This document shows positions 52,481 to 63,378 of a stretch of DNA of 64,000 nucleotides, piece by piece. The stretch spans positions 64,001 through 128,000 of the forward strand of contig CAWGYA010000006.1 of the NCBI GenBank assembly GCA_963826715.1. The letters run 5' to 3'. A model generated the notes under the pieces. It was given only the letters and a program-made list of their open reading frames with translations, was not told where the DNA came from and did not search any database. The DNA comes from Candidatus Bathyarchaeota archaeon. GTDB lineage: Archaea; Thermoproteota; Bathyarchaeia; Bathyarchaeales; Bathycorpusculaceae. The position numbers and the translations under genes were made by a program. Each line of letters opens with the position of its first letter. Positions within the stretch are counted from its first letter, which is position 1.

Positions 52481-53032
52481 ATGGTTTTGGTAGTTGCAGC
52501 AGTTGGTTCAAGCGGCTCAGGAAAAACAACTACTATAGAATATTTAATTTCGCACTTTTCATGCGAAGGCTATAGTGTTGGTGCTATAAAACACATCCAC
52601 CACGATAACTTCGCGATGGATAGAGAAGGAACCAACACTTGGCGTTATGCGCAGGCAGGTTCCAACGTTGTAATCGCTATCGCTCCCCACGAAATCGATA
52701 TTATTAAAAAAACGGAGCGGGAGCTAAAGGATTTAGATACAATAATTGCTCTACTCGAGAACGAGAATCTCGACATTGCATTTATCGAAGGTTTCCATAA
52801 ACTAATCGCTAATCGGAAAGACATCCCCAAGATAGTTACCGCAAAAGACCAAGCTGAGCTGCTAAGATCTATCCAGGGGACTTCGCCACCCATATTAGCT
52901 GCTACAGGTCTGGTTGCTGAGGTCTTCAGTGAAAAACATTTTTTTGAAATACCCGTCATTAAGGTTCCGCAGGAAGGAAGAAAACTAATTGAACTCGTAG
53001 AAGCCAAATTGAAAAAACAGCGACAACCATAG
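52481..53032 (+). CDS. mobB: Molybdopterin-guanine dinucleotide biosynthesis protein B
   Basis: GSGKTT, IKH.HH, IEGF. Confidence 0.92.
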   Translation: MVLVVAAVGSSGSGKTTTIEYLISHFSCEGYSVGAIKHIHHDNFAMDREGTNTWRYAQAGSNVVIAIAPHEIDIIKKTERELKDLDTIIALLENENLDIAFIEGFHKLIANRKDIPKIVTAKDQAELLRSIQGTSPPILAATGLVAEVFSEKHFFEIPVIKVPQEGRKLIELVEAKLKKQRQP

Positions 53033-53036
53033 GCTA

Positions 53037-53831
53037 TTAAAGAAGTATTCTCTCTGGGCAAGTATAAACGTTCATGCGTTTGCCACGGACAAAACCCACT
53101 AGGGTGATGTTTGCTTTAAGTGCTGAAGACACGCCCGAATTCAGCACTGCCGCGACAGACGCCACGATAGGCAACCCCACTTTAGCAGCCTTGTAAATCA
53201 TATCGCCGGGCACCCGACCTGTGATAATCATGAAGCTTTCGCCAAAGTTTTCATGGTTAAGCGAGGCTTGCCCAATGACTTTGTCAACTGTATTATGTCT
53301 CCCCACATCCTCAGAAAATGCCACCATAACGCCATCAGCTTTGAAGATTCCGCTGTCGTGTAAACCACCTGTTTCCTTGAAGCCCTTCGCTTCTTTGTTC
53401 ATTTGGGTTATCGCATCAAAAATAACTTGAGCTTTAATGGTTAAATTTGAATTAACAACGGAAAGTTTCTCATCGCGCTGATATTTTGAGGTACTGCCCT
53501 TTATGAGGGGAACAATTCGAGCTCCGAAACGTCGATTTTTCAGACGCTCGTCAAGGTCAATGTTGGCTTTGAATGTTATATCGCATGTGTTTTTGGCTTC
53601 GTTGGAAATTACGCTTTCAATTTCATTAACCGAGTACAGTATGTCTTCCGCTATAAGGTACCCAACGGCAAGCTCCTTGAACTGCATTGGTGAGCTCCAT
53701 ATGACAAAGTAGTATTCGGCGTTGAGGATGATTTTCAGCGGAATCTCCTCGGCTACTGAATCACTCATTTTTATAGTGGTTCTATTGGATAAATCAAGCC
53801 TTGTTATGTCAACCTGACGCATAATATTCAC
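53037..53831 (-). CDS. fdhD: Sulfurtransferase FdhD
   Basis: TGGLH, EDVGRHNTVDK, TGR, LVGFVR. Confidence 0.92.
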   Translation of the reverse strand: MNIMRQVDITRLDLSNRTTIKMSDSVAEEIPLKIILNAEYYFVIWSSPMQFKELAVGYLIAEDILYSVNEIESVISNEAKNTCDITFKANIDLDERLKNRRFGARIVPLIKGSTSKYQRDEKLSVVNSNLTIKAQVIFDAITQMNKEAKGFKETGGLHDSGIFKADGVMVAFSEDVGRHNTVDKVIGQASLNHENFGESFMIITGRVPGDMIYKAAKVGLPIVASVAAVLNSGVSSALKANITLVGFVRGKRMNVYTCPERILL

Positions 53832-53952
53832 TGAGCCCTTGAGATTTTAGGATTCTACGAGTTGATAAGTGATTCGGCTATCTACTATTACCCTAAAAGC
53901 GCAAAAGGAAAAAATCAAAAAAGGTCGGACCCATGTTCGGGTCCAATAAAGT

Positions 53953-54762
53953 TTAGAGGTATTTTTCGTAAAATTTCAGGGCGGGGTTGTTTAGTTTTGA
54001 AGCAAATATTTTGCCGGTGCCATGCTCTGATAAGTCGCCTAAGAAAACATAGAAGGGACCTTGTACGGTTTGGGTACTATCTACTTTGACTTTGGGTTTG
54101 ATACCTTCAATAGTGAACGAGGGAAGAACTTCTAGTTTACCGCCGACAATAATTTTCCCACTGTGCATGCATGCACCAGCTCTGATATCGCAATCTTGTT
54201 CGACATAAATGGCTCCGTCGGACATATGATACCCAAGGAACATACCAGCGGACCCCTTGATTTTGATGATCCCTCCTTTTAGGTAGCAACCCACGTCTGT
54301 GCCGACGTTTCCGTCAACAGTTATTAAACCCCCTTTCATGCCCGCATCGTTACCCCTATATGGCGAAGCCATATAATCGCCGCCGTCGCCATGTATTTCG
54401 ATTATGCCTTTCCTCATTTCGCTGCCTGTCCATCCACCTGCGTTACCGTTGATAACGATTTTGCCACCGAGCATTTTTTCGCCAGTGTGCATTCCAATGT
54501 TGCCGTTGATAACGATTTCGCCGCTTTTCATACATTGCCCGACACGTTTAACTTTGCTGCATTCGCCGTTGATTATGATATTTGGGGTTTCTTGTTTAGT
54601 TTCTTCGATTTTGAAAAGGTCACCTAATGTTAGGTTACGGTTGCCTTCTGTTAGGGGGAGAGAGGCGAGTTCTTTTACAGTTTTGCCTGCAAAGTTTTCT
54701 GGTGTTATACAGGGTGCTTGAATGGGGACGTCAAATGCTCGGAGAACAGTTAAAGTTATCAT
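53953..54762 (-). CDS. fwdC: Formylmethanofuran dehydrogenase subunit C
   Basis: G..M.GG.I.I.GN beta-helix repeats; GDLSE.G.G. Confidence 0.95.
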   Translation of the reverse strand: MITLTVLRAFDVPIQAPCITPENFAGKTVKELASLPLTEGNRNLTLGDLFKIEETKQETPNIIINGECSKVKRVGQCMKSGEIVINGNIGMHTGEKMLGGKIVINGNAGGWTGSEMRKGIIEIHGDGGDYMASPYRGNDAGMKGGLITVDGNVGTDVGCYLKGGIIKIKGSAGMFLGYHMSDGAIYVEQDCDIRAGACMHSGKIIVGGKLEVLPSFTIEGIKPKVKVDSTQTVQGPFYVFLGDLSEHGTGKIFASKLNNPALKFYEKYL

Positions 54763-54764
54763 GT

Positions 54765-56462
54765 CTAAACACTTGCCTTTATTGTTAATTTTTGTGGAAC
54801 CTTAACATAATGATCTGTAACTGGGTAGTTTTCAAATTCAATTGTCCAATAATCTCTGAATCTTCGTTTCATATCATCGTCAATTCTGCAGGGGTCTTTG
54901 GTTTGTACGTCAAGCCAGTTGGTTCTGCCTGGAACCTTGCTGTTAACTACTTGCCCATCTTTTACAACTATGACACCGTCTTTGATGGTGTACGCTGAAT
55001 CGGTAAGTGCTTTGCGCGCAGTTCGGAACTTCTGGGCAATGTCTAGAGTTTCAGGGTTAAGATTGAAAATCGCTACATCTGCATCTGCACCGACCCCGAG
55101 GTGCCCTTTATTGGGCAAACCTAAAGCTTTTGCAGTACCGGCACGAGTCATTATAGCAAGTTCGTAGAGGCTCAACTCGCGATCAATAGAGGGCAGCAAG
55201 CTCTTTCTCTTGGCGCTCTTATGACATTTTTTAAGTGTGGCTTCACGGGCTTTTTTGCTATATAACCAAGCCAACACTCTGGGGTAGTCATAGAAGGGCC
55301 CTCCGTTGGGATGGTCAGTGGTCATGAAAATTTTCCACGGATCCTTTATTAGTAAAGCAATTTCTAAACCGATTGACCACTGCAACGCATTGACAGGGCT
55401 GTTTTTCTTATAATGGAACGGTATGATGCCGCCACTGCTTTCTGTTTCGATATCGCTGTTAACCCATTTGTTATGACCGCCTAGTTCGTAGAGTGAGAAT
55501 TCAAAGGGTCCATCAGCAGTCATGGTTGTTGTATCACTGAAGGTAACTTGCCCCATGTCCAAGGTTAGGTGGTTATGAGCGTTCATGTAGTTAGCGATTT
55601 CTTCTGCGCCAGATCTGAATTTACTCCAGTTTTCCCCCTTGAAACTTGCGAATTGAATATGGGTAATATGAGCTACGGGTTTGCCGTCGGTGGATAAGTC
55701 CTCCAGCGCTTTCATAGTGTCAAGAGTTGTTTGGTAGTTTCCAGGGAGTCCCAAATTGTTAGTGTGTAGGTGAATAGTGTGGGGGAGATTGAGTTTCTTG
55801 TTGACTTTGACAAGTCCACGTATAATTTCTCGGGGTGAGATGCAGAAGTTTGGCACTTGGTCGTCAATACTATGCACATTGTGACCGAATCCCCATGATT
55901 CTAAGCCACCGGGGTTGACGATTTTGATGGCGTATCCCTTTGAAGCCTGCATAAGCCAAGCTACGAGACGGGCGCACTCATCGACGTCCCCCTTAGCAAG
56001 GTTTTCCAGTACAAGCCACCAGTCGCCCATCAAAACGTATGTGCCTTTATCAATAAGAGGGATGTCATTTAGTTCTTCATGGGCGTGTTTAGCTTTCAGC
56101 GGTGCTATTGAACCGTTGAAGACTGAAGTATAACCCATTGTTGAGTAACGATAACCAGTAACGAATGTCGATGGTATCGAGTAACCTGTACCCGCCCGCG
56201 TGATCGCGGTTTTGCGTACCACATCTTTATAGTGATCTTCGGGGCGAATAATTCTGCCCATGTTGACTTCTGCTCCGGCTATGTGGCTGTGTATGTCTAC
56301 TCCACCAGGCATAACTGTCATGCCAGCAGCGTCGAGGACTTTGGCTTTGCTGCTGACTTTTTCAACAATTTTGTTGTCTTTAATGGCTACGTCCATCTTT
56401 TCACAGTTAATCTTGTGTAGTGGATCAATCACAAAACCATTTTTTATGAGTATCTCAGTCAT
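54765..56462 (-). CDS. fwdA: Formylmethanofuran dehydrogenase subunit A
   Basis: DIHSHIAG, KIVNPGG, HLHTNNLG, TDHPNGGPF. Confidence 0.97.
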   Translation of the reverse strand: MTEILIKNGFVIDPLHKINCEKMDVAIKDNKIVEKVSSKAKVLDAAGMTVMPGGVDIHSHIAGAEVNMGRIIRPEDHYKDVVRKTAITRAGTGYSIPSTFVTGYRYSTMGYTSVFNGSIAPLKAKHAHEELNDIPLIDKGTYVLMGDWWLVLENLAKGDVDECARLVAWLMQASKGYAIKIVNPGGLESWGFGHNVHSIDDQVPNFCISPREIIRGLVKVNKKLNLPHTIHLHTNNLGLPGNYQTTLDTMKALEDLSTDGKPVAHITHIQFASFKGENWSKFRSGAEEIANYMNAHNHLTLDMGQVTFSDTTTMTADGPFEFSLYELGGHNKWVNSDIETESSGGIIPFHYKKNSPVNALQWSIGLEIALLIKDPWKIFMTTDHPNGGPFYDYPRVLAWLYSKKAREATLKKCHKSAKRKSLLPSIDRELSLYELAIMTRAGTAKALGLPNKGHLGVGADADVAIFNLNPETLDIAQKFRTARKALTDSAYTIKDGVIVVKDGQVVNSKVPGRTNWLDVQTKDPCRIDDDMKRRFRDYWTIEFENYPVTDHYVKVPQKLTIKASV

Positions 56463-58025
56463 TTAGGCAACTTCCTTCTTCTTTTTCACTGCTCTTTTAG
56501 GCTTAGCACAAGCTTTCACAAACCCAGCTTTGACCTTCGAGTCTGCAGGCTTAATTTCAGCTTGTTCTACCATTTCTCCTCGTTTAGCTTTGATGACACG
56601 GACTTCTTCAAGAATGCGAGTTAAGAGCTGTTCGTCGGTTAAAATTCCTGGCGGGGGTTCAACTACTTTTTTGAGGGTAATTGGAACTGAGTCCATGCGA
56701 TATGCGGTGCCTTCATATTCTATGCCACACCATTGAGCAGGGAACACAACGTCACCTAAGCGTGAAATAGCATTCATATCGGGATTGATAGTGATTAAGG
56801 GGTGCTTCATCATGTTTTGCACCGCAGTCTTGGGAAAGTGGGCACCGGGATCAGCAGAGATAACCAAGGTTGCATCGATATCGCCGCGCCTGAGCAGATC
56901 AACAGTCGTGTTTTCACCAGGGTTATATTGAGGATATCCTTGCGAGAAGTCTATTGCATATGGGTAGCCTGTTTGCCAAGCAAAAACCACATTTGCGCCT
57001 GTAACATTGAAGTGCCCCCTCATAGGTGAGATGACGAATTTGGTTTTTCGGTTAAGGTCACGTGCTAGTGCTATGGCGATTTCTATGTTTCGGAATCTAC
57101 CTAGGCTCTGTGTCATGCCGAGCCCGAAGAAGATGGTCCCGAACTCACAGTTCACCATTGCGTCTGCAACGTCGCGCAGAGAATCTACTGGGATACCGCC
57201 GACTTTATCAACATCGAGTTCTTGGTCGTTAACTAGGCACCGTAGCGCCTCGATTACGTCATAGTCTCTGTTAGGTTCAATCTGTAAGAAGTAGTCTGCC
57301 GCTTCCGCAGTCATAGTTTTTCTTACATCTACTACAATCATTTTACGACCGGGTTTATCCATCGTCTGAGGCGGAGGTCCATTGTAACAAACCTGCGAAC
57401 GGACATTTGGAGTAACACGTGCTATTCTTTTAGAAGCCACCTCCATCTTTTTGCGACCTGCACCTGCCTTTAGTTTCTGCATGTAGCTTTTCCATTCGCT
57501 ACCCTCAAAGCGACCATCAGTGAAAGCTGTGTAGCGTTCGACGTGGCGAGGGTGGGAGGTCCAGGGGTTGCATGCCCAGTAAACAATTAAATCAGCGCGG
57601 TGACGAATCTGCCCTAACGTTGCAGCGGGGATACCAATTTCCTGTGTTGCCATAACAGAGGGACCATGGCATACACTGCAACAATTATCGAGTGCAGAAC
57701 CTAATTCTTCAGCCAATGCTACACCAATACGTTGCGCTTCCCCGACGGTGCTACTCCAGCCAAAAAGCAGAGGATACTTTGCGTCTGTAAGGATTTGGGC
57801 GGCTTTGCGGATTGCTTCATCCATCTTAACGGGCACTAGTTTACCTTCTTTGCGTATCATTGGTTTGAGGATACGCTCGTCGCTTTTGTAGCCATGCACC
57901 ATCTTGGCTTCACAGACAGCGCAGCCGTTCTTCATCTTCACGATCTCATTGTTTTCCACTGTTACTTCTAAGTCGTCGCATAGGCAACCACATATTGGAC
58001 AAACAACGTCTTTAATTTCTGTCAT
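56463..58025 (-). CDS. fwdB: Formylmethanofuran dehydrogenase subunit B (Cys form)
   Basis: CPICGCLCDD, VCHGP, HPRH, MRGHFNV, YRMD. Confidence 0.96.
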   Translation of the reverse strand: MTEIKDVVCPICGCLCDDLEVTVENNEIVKMKNGCAVCEAKMVHGYKSDERILKPMIRKEGKLVPVKMDEAIRKAAQILTDAKYPLLFGWSSTVGEAQRIGVALAEELGSALDNCCSVCHGPSVMATQEIGIPAATLGQIRHRADLIVYWACNPWTSHPRHVERYTAFTDGRFEGSEWKSYMQKLKAGAGRKKMEVASKRIARVTPNVRSQVCYNGPPPQTMDKPGRKMIVVDVRKTMTAEAADYFLQIEPNRDYDVIEALRCLVNDQELDVDKVGGIPVDSLRDVADAMVNCEFGTIFFGLGMTQSLGRFRNIEIAIALARDLNRKTKFVISPMRGHFNVTGANVVFAWQTGYPYAIDFSQGYPQYNPGENTTVDLLRRGDIDATLVISADPGAHFPKTAVQNMMKHPLITINPDMNAISRLGDVVFPAQWCGIEYEGTAYRMDSVPITLKKVVEPPPGILTDEQLLTRILEEVRVIKAKRGEMVEQAEIKPADSKVKAGFVKACAKPKRAVKKKKEVA

Positions 58026-58030
58026 TTTAG

Positions 58031-58435
58031 TTACTTCCCATATTCCAGCTTAAGGAGCTCATCTAGGGTCAAGACAGGATCACTTGGCGACGCTTGTTCT
58101 ACTTCAACAGGGAAGCCTTTGAAGAGAGGCATACCCATGCCAAAGGTTTCATCGCCGCAGATAGCATTTGCCCACAAACCGCACGGTATGAAAACCATGC
58201 CAGGATTTGAGCCTCGAAGAATCTTCTTGGCTTTGAGGACAACTGAACCATATTTGGAGGTAACCCGCACCTTTGCACCCCCTTTCAAGCCGAGTTTTTC
58301 TATATCTAATTTATCCAAAAAACATACTGCGGCGCTATCGAAGTATTCTTTTGAGCCTTTGCCCAGTTCTTTTCCAACACCTTGATCGATAGTTCTTCCA
58401 GTAATTAAGGTTACCCGTAGTTTTTGCTCCACCAT
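58031..58435 (-). CDS. fwdD: Formylmethanofuran dehydrogenase subunit D
   Basis: ITGRTIDQG, FIP.G.WAN, GMP.FKG. Confidence 0.95.
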   Translation of the reverse strand: MVEQKLRVTLITGRTIDQGVGKELGKGSKEYFDSAAVCFLDKLDIEKLGLKGGAKVRVTSKYGSVVLKAKKILRGSNPGMVFIPCGLWANAICGDETFGMGMPLFKGFPVEVEQASPSDPVLTLDELLKLEYGK

Positions 58436-58595
58436 GGTCTACGACCTAATCCAATAGAAACTTATTCAGTTATATTTAAGAGTAAAGCCCATAATAACCA
58501 CAAAATTCCTATAAAATCAATAGAATAAAGAGAGTTAGCACTTTAATGAGCTCTCTTAGTGAAGCAAACTGCTAAAAAAATGGAGAAAATAAAGG

Positions 58596-58970
58596 TCACT
58601 TAATTTTTGCTTGCTCAGCTTTGAAGACGGCATTGTATGTTCGCTTGTGAGTCTGCTCATTTTCAGCGCATGTCACATCACCGATAAACCGGACGCCCCG
58701 CAACCTACGCAAATCTTTGCTCATATCGGGTTCTGCATCATCAAACCAGCATATCACGTAATGGTCTGTTTTGCCCTCAGCAGACGATAGATAATCAGCG
58801 TCACCCATTAGAGTAAAAAAATCGTCAATGGCACCATTAAATTTGGGTTCGTTTCCAGCAGTAAGTGTTAGCTGCCGAGCCTTAATCACTACGAAAGGGT
58901 CAGATTCGGGGTTTACATTGCGTTCCCTAAAAATGCAAACAACAGGTTTTTTCCAAATAGACTGAGACAA
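58596..58970 (-). CDS. Hypothetical protein
   Basis: 124-aa ORF. Confidence 0.7.
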   Translation of the reverse strand: MSQSIWKKPVVCIFRERNVNPESDPFVVIKARQLTLTAGNEPKFNGAIDDFFTLMGDADYLSSAEGKTDHYVICWFDDAEPDMSKDLRRLRGVRFIGDVTCAENEQTHKRTYNAVFKAEQAKIK

Positions 58971-59003
58971 AGAGAAATCCTCATCTAATCAAGGTTTATG
59001 CAG

Positions 59004-59528
59004 TTATATAAATTTGCAGTTATCACCTAAATTGGCTTGCAAGATACTTGGAATGTTGAGGATCCCCCGGGGGGGAACCACGAAGAATATTGTGTAACTT
59101 TGTTGGGTTGCGCCGCCGAAGGTTGCAGTGTATGGCTGATCTGCACGGATTGCGAAATCAGTACTTTGGATGTCGCTTAGAATTCGGTAGAGGTCCCCTG
59201 CCGCGCAGATGTGGTTTGTTCCAGCGTCCCAGTAGCCGTTGTATAGGTATACGTCGGTCCAGCCGTTGACTCCGCCAGGCATTTTGGTGCAGTTCACAGT
59301 TAATTGGTAGTTCTCGTTGGCGGCAACAGTGAAGGGCACATAAACCGTTGAAACAGAACTGTTGAGAAAACGTGGGCAATCGCTACTGCCGCTGATAGTG
59401 AAGTGAAATTCTCCTGTGGGCGTGTGAGGCGTAAGCGCGGTAACCATTAAAGAGGTAAAAGCAAACACCGCTAATATACAAACAATTACTATTGTGATAA
59501 TTAAGCCCGAAAGCTTCTGTTTATTCAT
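59004..59528 (-). CDS. Membrane-anchored hypothetical protein (possible late frameshift)
   Basis: N-terminal TM; removing one base from the C7 run at 59069-59075 gives ...PPGGSSTFQVSCKPI*. Confidence 0.7.
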   Translation of the reverse strand: MNKQKLSGLIITIVIVCILAVFAFTSLMVTALTPHTPTGEFHFTISGSSDCPRFLNSSVSTVYVPFTVAANENYQLTVNCTKMPGGVNGWTDVYLYNGYWDAGTNHICAAGDLYRILSDIQSTDFAIRADQPYTATFGGATQQSYTIFFVVPPRGILNIPSILQANLGDNCKFI

Positions 59529-59674
59529 TAAGTACTTATCCCACCAAGATTGTTTTGCTTTCTTGGGGCCGTTATCGACTTTACCTTTTATAGTTTACTC
59601 AAAATCACCCGCTATTAATTAGCTGAAATAAGTTATAGAAAATTTAAAAAGCCCTCTGTGGGCATCATACATTT

Positions 59675-60739
59675 ATGAAGTATTCTTTCAAGATTGGTTC
59701 CGCATGGGGGATCCCCATCGAACTGCACTTCACATTTATTCTACTTATATTGGCAGTTCTCGCCCTATCTGTTTTTAGCCAAGAATTCTATACCTTCTTT
59801 ATCGTACTATTTTTGTTTATTTTTGTGGTTTTCCACGAACTCGCTCATTCCGTCGTGGCACGTCGGTATGGCATTAAAGTACGTAAAATCGTGCTCTACC
59901 CCATAGGCGGCGTTTCAGAAATCGAGGAAATTCCCGATAATCCGTCCCAGGAGTGGCGCATGGCAGTTGCCGGTCCACTAACCAGCTTAGTTCTCGGCAT
60001 TTCGTTACTTGTGGTAAGCTTGATTTTAACACCTCAACTGCTCCCCGCAGTTATCACCTTCCAAGTTACAGGCAACTTCCTCTTTGACCTAGCCATCCTA
60101 AACGTCCTATTGGGCATTTTTAATTTGATTCCAGCTTTTCCAATGGACGGCGGCAGAGTTTTTAGGGCACTACTAGCAGAACGAATGAAATATTCAGATG
60201 CAACCCGATATGCAGTGAACTTGGGTAGGATACTCGGTATCGCTATGGTGATTGTGGGTTTTGTTTATAACTTCTTGCTTATTCTGGTCGGCTTATTCGT
60301 CTACATTGGCGCCAGCGAGGAAGGCGAACAAACCATCATTTCCACTAAACTTGCAGGGTTAAGAGTTAAAGAGGTAATGCAATTGGAGGTGGGCTACGTA
60401 AATCCACAGCAAAGCCTAAGTGAAGCCTTAGAAGTTATGTTCAAAAACCGTTACCATGATGTACTCGTTGAGAAAGATGGAGTCTACGAGGGAGTTGTCA
60501 CTTGGAACGAGCTGATGAAGGTTGAACCTCAGCAACGGGACGCCATGCGGGTAATGCAGATGCCGTTGAAAAAAATTTCCGTTTTCTCTGACGAATCGAT
60601 TTTAGAAGCAAACAAAATTATCACCCGAGAAAAAATCGATTTGATACCTGTTGTTGCAAGGGAAAATCCTACGAAAGTAGTGGGGACTCTAACAAGTGAA
60701 GCCATAGCAAACGCTTACGAGCAAGCTCGAAACCGCTAA
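59675..60739 (+). CDS. M50 site-2 protease with CBS pair
   Basis: HELAH, AGP, NLIPAFPMDGGR. Confidence 0.95.
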   Translation: MKYSFKIGSAWGIPIELHFTFILLILAVLALSVFSQEFYTFFIVLFLFIFVVFHELAHSVVARRYGIKVRKIVLYPIGGVSEIEEIPDNPSQEWRMAVAGPLTSLVLGISLLVVSLILTPQLLPAVITFQVTGNFLFDLAILNVLLGIFNLIPAFPMDGGRVFRALLAERMKYSDATRYAVNLGRILGIAMVIVGFVYNFLLILVGLFVYIGASEEGEQTIISTKLAGLRVKEVMQLEVGYVNPQQSLSEALEVMFKNRYHDVLVEKDGVYEGVVTWNELMKVEPQQRDAMRVMQMPLKKISVFSDESILEANKIITREKIDLIPVVARENPTKVVGTLTSEAIANAYEQARNR

Positions 60740-60906
60740 ATCATTATTTCGAGACAGCGAAAAAGGTTACCTTTGAAAAAACAAAATCTTTTATCCAAAA
60801 GGGGAGAAAACTAATATTTTTTTAGGAACACAAAGTTAGCGTTCAGAATTTTTTTTGCATTTATTATTACATGAAGGCTTAATAGATAGTTTCAACCTTA
60901 AAATGA

Positions 60907-61398
60907 ATGAAGTCTTTCATAAAGAAATTGTTGAAAGATACAGGATTTGGTTTTGATATGTCATGGTTTAAAGCTTTAAGAGAAAAAGAGCCACCTGAGC
61001 CTGTTACGCCCATTGGAACTGTTGTTATTGGTACTTTAAACCCTGACCTCATTGACACCGCCAAAGAGATGGTTAGGAAATCACTTAAGATTGCTCAGTT
61101 TAAAACTTTAGATGTGGGGAAATCAGCATCTGTAGATGCTTTTGTTTCAAAGGCTAAAGAAGCTAAGGCTAACATTATAGTAGTTACTATTAGTATTTCC
61201 GCTGCAAAAGATAATCTTCCAAAACTCATTTCCGCTATAGAACAAGAAGGATTAACCGACAAAGTTACTCTTATGATAGGCGGTGCGGCTGTTACCCAAG
61301 AGGACGCAGATAAAATAGGCGCTCTTTTTGGTAAAACAAGAGAAGACGCAGTTACTTTAGCAAAAGAAGCAATTAAGCAGAAGCATAGCAACCCATAG
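60907..61398 (+). CDS. B12-binding-domain protein lacking the His ligand
   Basis: VVIGTLNPDLIDTAK, MIGGAAVT, IGA. Confidence 0.8.
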   Translation: MKSFIKKLLKDTGFGFDMSWFKALREKEPPEPVTPIGTVVIGTLNPDLIDTAKEMVRKSLKIAQFKTLDVGKSASVDAFVSKAKEAKANIIVVTISISAAKDNLPKLISAIEQEGLTDKVTLMIGGAAVTQEDADKIGALFGKTREDAVTLAKEAIKQKHSNP

Positions 61399-61599
61399 CT
61401 ACATTTTCAGTTAGGTTCACTTTAGAGTTAACTTATTGACTATTTTGTTATTGTCCTTAAGTCGCCCGTAGTCGCTTATCACGATGCTTTTAATATTGAT
61501 TAGTGCGACACATCACTTAAATGAGTTTTAGGCAGATTTTTAATAGGCATATCCCGAAATGAAGTGTACGTGCACCAAACCCAAAAAGAAGGCACACAA

Positions 61600-63378
61600 G
61601 TGGTCATAAACCTCTTCGCATATGTTTCGCTAATCTCAGCTGTATTCTGCTTAGGCTTTTAGCCATTTTGGTTCTTAACTTAAACCGTAAAAACAGCCTA
61701 AATAAACTTTTTTTCTTAACAGTTTTGACTGGATTTCTCTACTCATTCACCACAGTCATGATGTGGATATCACCTGGGGCATCAACCGCTCTTCTATGGC
61801 ATAAACTAGGAACAATCTGGCCATTTTTCGTAGTATTAGTCCTCAACTTTGCTCTATTGTTCACCAACAATAAATGGCTCAAAAATAGAAGTTACTACCT
61901 GATTCTCTATTTGCCCGCAGTTGCTTTTTTCCTAATTGATCTCTTAACAGATTTTATTAATACAGCGCCGGTCCTGGAGTACTGGGGATTCAACGACCAA
62001 GCCTCAGGAACATGGCTTTATGGGGTATCTACTATTTGGTCTGCTACCCTACCACTTCTGGCATTTGTATTGTGCTTTAAGTACTACCGAGGTGCCAAAG
62101 ACTACATTCAGAAGCATCGAGGCAAATTTGTAACCGTTGGGTTCAGTATACCCATAGTGGCATTCATCTTTACCAACATGTTGGCGCGCAGTTTTAACAT
62201 CGGTGTTCCCAATCTCGGGGTAATTTCCACACTATTTTTCACCGTTTTTGTGGGCTACGCTGTGATTAAATACAGCTTGTTTACGATAGACGCATCTTTG
62301 GCAGCGGAAAACATATTGTTAACCATCCCTGACTCACTAGTTTTAGCTAATCAGCGTTCCGAAATGCTTAGAGTGAATGAGCGTTTGATTAATTTTTCTG
62401 GCTTTAGCCCAAGAAGAGTTAATTGGACAACCGATAAACAAACTGTTCTCCTCGGAAAAAATCGAGTGTGACAAGCTTTTAGAGAAAATATTTAAAGAAA
62501 AAATAATCCGTAATCATGAACTCGTACTTCAAACCAAAAGCGGAGAGAAACAGCAAGTGCTTATTTCAGGTTCTGTGGTTGAAACCAAAACGGGGCAGGT
62601 AATTGGTTTAACCTGCGTAATCCATGACATAACTGAGCGCAAAATGATGGAGGAGCGACTATTAAAGGCAGAACGGTTAGCGTCAATTGGTCAATTGGCG
62701 GGGCAGATCGGACATGATTTACGTAATCCCTTGGCAGGGATAAAAAATGGCGTTTATCTTGTGAAAAAGAAAGGAAATAGAATCAACGAGCAAGAACGCG
62801 AAGAGATTCTCAAAGTAATTGAAGCCGCAATAGAAGATTCAAACCGAATCGTTACAACTCTTATAGAATATTCAAGTGAATTAACCATAGAGCCTCATAT
62901 TTGTACACCTAAATCCTTAACCTCCAACGCACTCAGCAAAGTAAGAGTTCCAGACTATGTCCACGTTCAAAACAACGTATTAGATGACAAAGAGCTCTTT
63001 TTGGATGCCCCTAAAATCGAAAAAGTCTTTGCAAGCATAATCCAAAACGCAATAGAATCCATAGAAGAAAGTGGTACCCTGAAAATATGCGGGAAATTAG
63101 AAGAAGAAAATCTTGAGGTAACATTCACCGATACAGGCATTGGCATCCCACAGGAGATGTTGACATTGCTTTTTACGCCGCTGGTCACTAATAAAGCCAA
63201 AGGAATGGGAATGAGTTTGGCCATCTGCAAGCGAGTGGTAGAGGCTCATGGTGGCAGAATTGCGGTCAAAAGCACCCTGGGAAAAGGCACTGTACTTATG
63301 GTTTCGCTGCCAGTTAAGAGCTCTAAAACTGAATTTGCTCAGGCACAATTAGTTACTTCGACGCCAAGTTTTGTTTGA
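61600..63378 (+). pseudogene. 7TM-PAS histidine kinase, two frameshifts
   Basis: TM sensor, PAS, HDLRNPL, N box, DTGIG and G2 box; shifts near 61660 and 62410. Confidence 0.8.

Noticed and set aside
52645-57264. Numerous antisense ORFs in mobB/fdhD/fwd (also in tuf and tyrS)
   Set aside because: Shadow frames of well-supported genes
56463-58025. Selenocysteine form of FwdB
   Set aside because: The ligand position is Cys (VCHGP) with no in-frame TGA
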